Positions 63,263-64,000 of a stretch of 64,000 nt of DNA are shown here, piece by piece (within the stretch, counting starts at the first letter, position 1; the number at the start of each line of letters is the position of its first letter). The notes under the pieces are model-generated. The model saw only the letters and a program-made list of their open reading frames with translations. It was not told where the DNA came from and ran no database searches. The translations under genes and the position numbers were made by a program. Source of the stretch: Candidatus Limnocylindrales bacterium (GTDB taxonomy: Bacteria > Chloroflexota > Limnocylindria > Limnocylindrales > CSP1-4); the NCBI GenBank assembly GCA_038239115.1, contig JBBSFD010000001.1:51399-115398 (forward strand). The letters are read 5' to 3'.

Positions 63263-64000
63263 TGCGCAAGTTCGTCGGTGCCTTGACTCTCACGCTCCTC
63301 ATCGCTGGACTTTCGGTGTCCGGCGTGTCGGCCTCGACCCGGCCCGCGGCTAGTCAGCTGAGCGGTGGGCTATCGACGGCCAAGATCGTGATCATCGTTG
63401 GGCCGGTCGAAGGGACCACCCAGACGTACATCACCGACGCCGAGGTGACGGCGGGGGTGGCCCGCAAGTACAGCTCCAACGTCGTCACGATCTACTCGCC
63501 CAACGCTACCTGGGCCAATGTCGAGCCCGCTCTCCAGGGAGCCTCGATCGTCGTCTACTACGGCCACGGCAACGGCTGGCCGAGCCCGTACAAGCCGTTC
63601 CAGGAGAACACCAAGGACGGCATCGGCCTGAACACCGCCACCAATCCGACCAACGGGGCGCACACCTACTACGGTGCGACCTACCTGGCCAAGTACATCA
63701 AGCTGGCGCCAAACGCGGTCGTGATCCTCGGCCACCTGTGCTACTCGGCCGGCAACTCCGAGATGCAGGACCCGCCGCCGGCCACGCTGGACATCGCCAA
63801 GCAGCGGGTCGACAACATGGGCGCGGGCTGGCTCCAGACTGGCGCCCGGGCGGTCGTGTCGGAGCCCTACTCGAACAACGATGGCTCGTACATCGAGGGC
63901 ATCTTCACCACCCACCAGACGATCACCCAGCTGTGGCGGACCGCGCCCGGCTACAACAACAACGTCCAGACCTGGCCCTCGCTCCGTACGTCCTGGTCGC
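63263..64000 (+). CDS. secreted protein (5' part only; runs off the window), with a possible caspase/gingipain-like (clan CD) His-Gly ... Cys dyad
   Basis: TTG start 7 nt after a GGAGAC RBS; signal peptide LTLTLLIAGLSVSGVSAS; VVYYGHGNGW and VILGHLCYSAGN segments; not in the ORF track because no stop lies within the window. Confidence 0.45.

Noticed and set aside
1-64000. CRISPR arrays, rRNA genes, insertion sequences
   Set aside because: No 24-48-bp direct repeats with unique spacers are present. No rRNA-like conserved stretches or transposase motifs are seen. All observed repeats are 5-15-nt tandem units or single inverted-repeat pairs.

Overview
This 64-kb window is high-GC (about 70%) bacterial chromosomal DNA. 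It probably comes from an F420-using actinobacterium or a Chloroflexi/Thermomicrobia-like organism. The evidence for that guess is an LLM-class F420 oxidoreductase, a PPOX-class F420 enzyme, a polyphosphate glucokinase, a LAL-family regulator and an ECF sigma/anti-sigma pair. The window is densely coding; I support about 65 protein genes and one tRNA.

Main blocks, in order:
- A purK / IDH-like / purE block.
- A gamma-glutamyl-amine-type catabolic cluster: aldehyde dehydrogenase, SDR, GlnA-like synthetase and APC permease, with ppgK embedded.
- Aspartase/fumarase, two crotonases and an EthD protein.
- An ECF sigma with an unusually large anti-sigma factor.
- A TetR-controlled paaABCD-paaH-paaJ phenylacetate cluster that lacks paaE.
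- An iscA gene with a clean intrinsic terminator.
- A cell-envelope glycosylation trio (polytopic membrane protein, GT2, flippase-like protein).
- An OpuA-type ABC importer.
- A divergent RimJ-like GNAT and ATP-dependent DNA ligase.
- A rhodanese and class-V aminotransferase pair.
- A tRNA with a TAT anticodon, next to a membrane NERD-domain protein and a 1100-aa LAL regulator whose Walker A lysine is replaced.
- A GAF histidine kinase / OmpR regulator pair with a cupredoxin lipoprotein nearby.
- alaX, mreBC and rmlABDC.

The less ordinary material is mostly non-coding:
- Two inverted-repeat-flanked, MITE-like blocks, at about 35.29-35.48 kb and 41.07-41.24 kb.
- Five short GC-rich tandem-repeat loci in intergenic DNA.
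- A 680-bp convergent non-coding region.
- A 640-bp gene-free region upstream of the kinase, carrying a plus-strand terminator-like hairpin.

I found no CRISPR array, integrase, transposase or rRNA. Gene coordinates are anchored on the supplied ORF track. Coordinates of non-coding motifs may be off by a few nucleotides.
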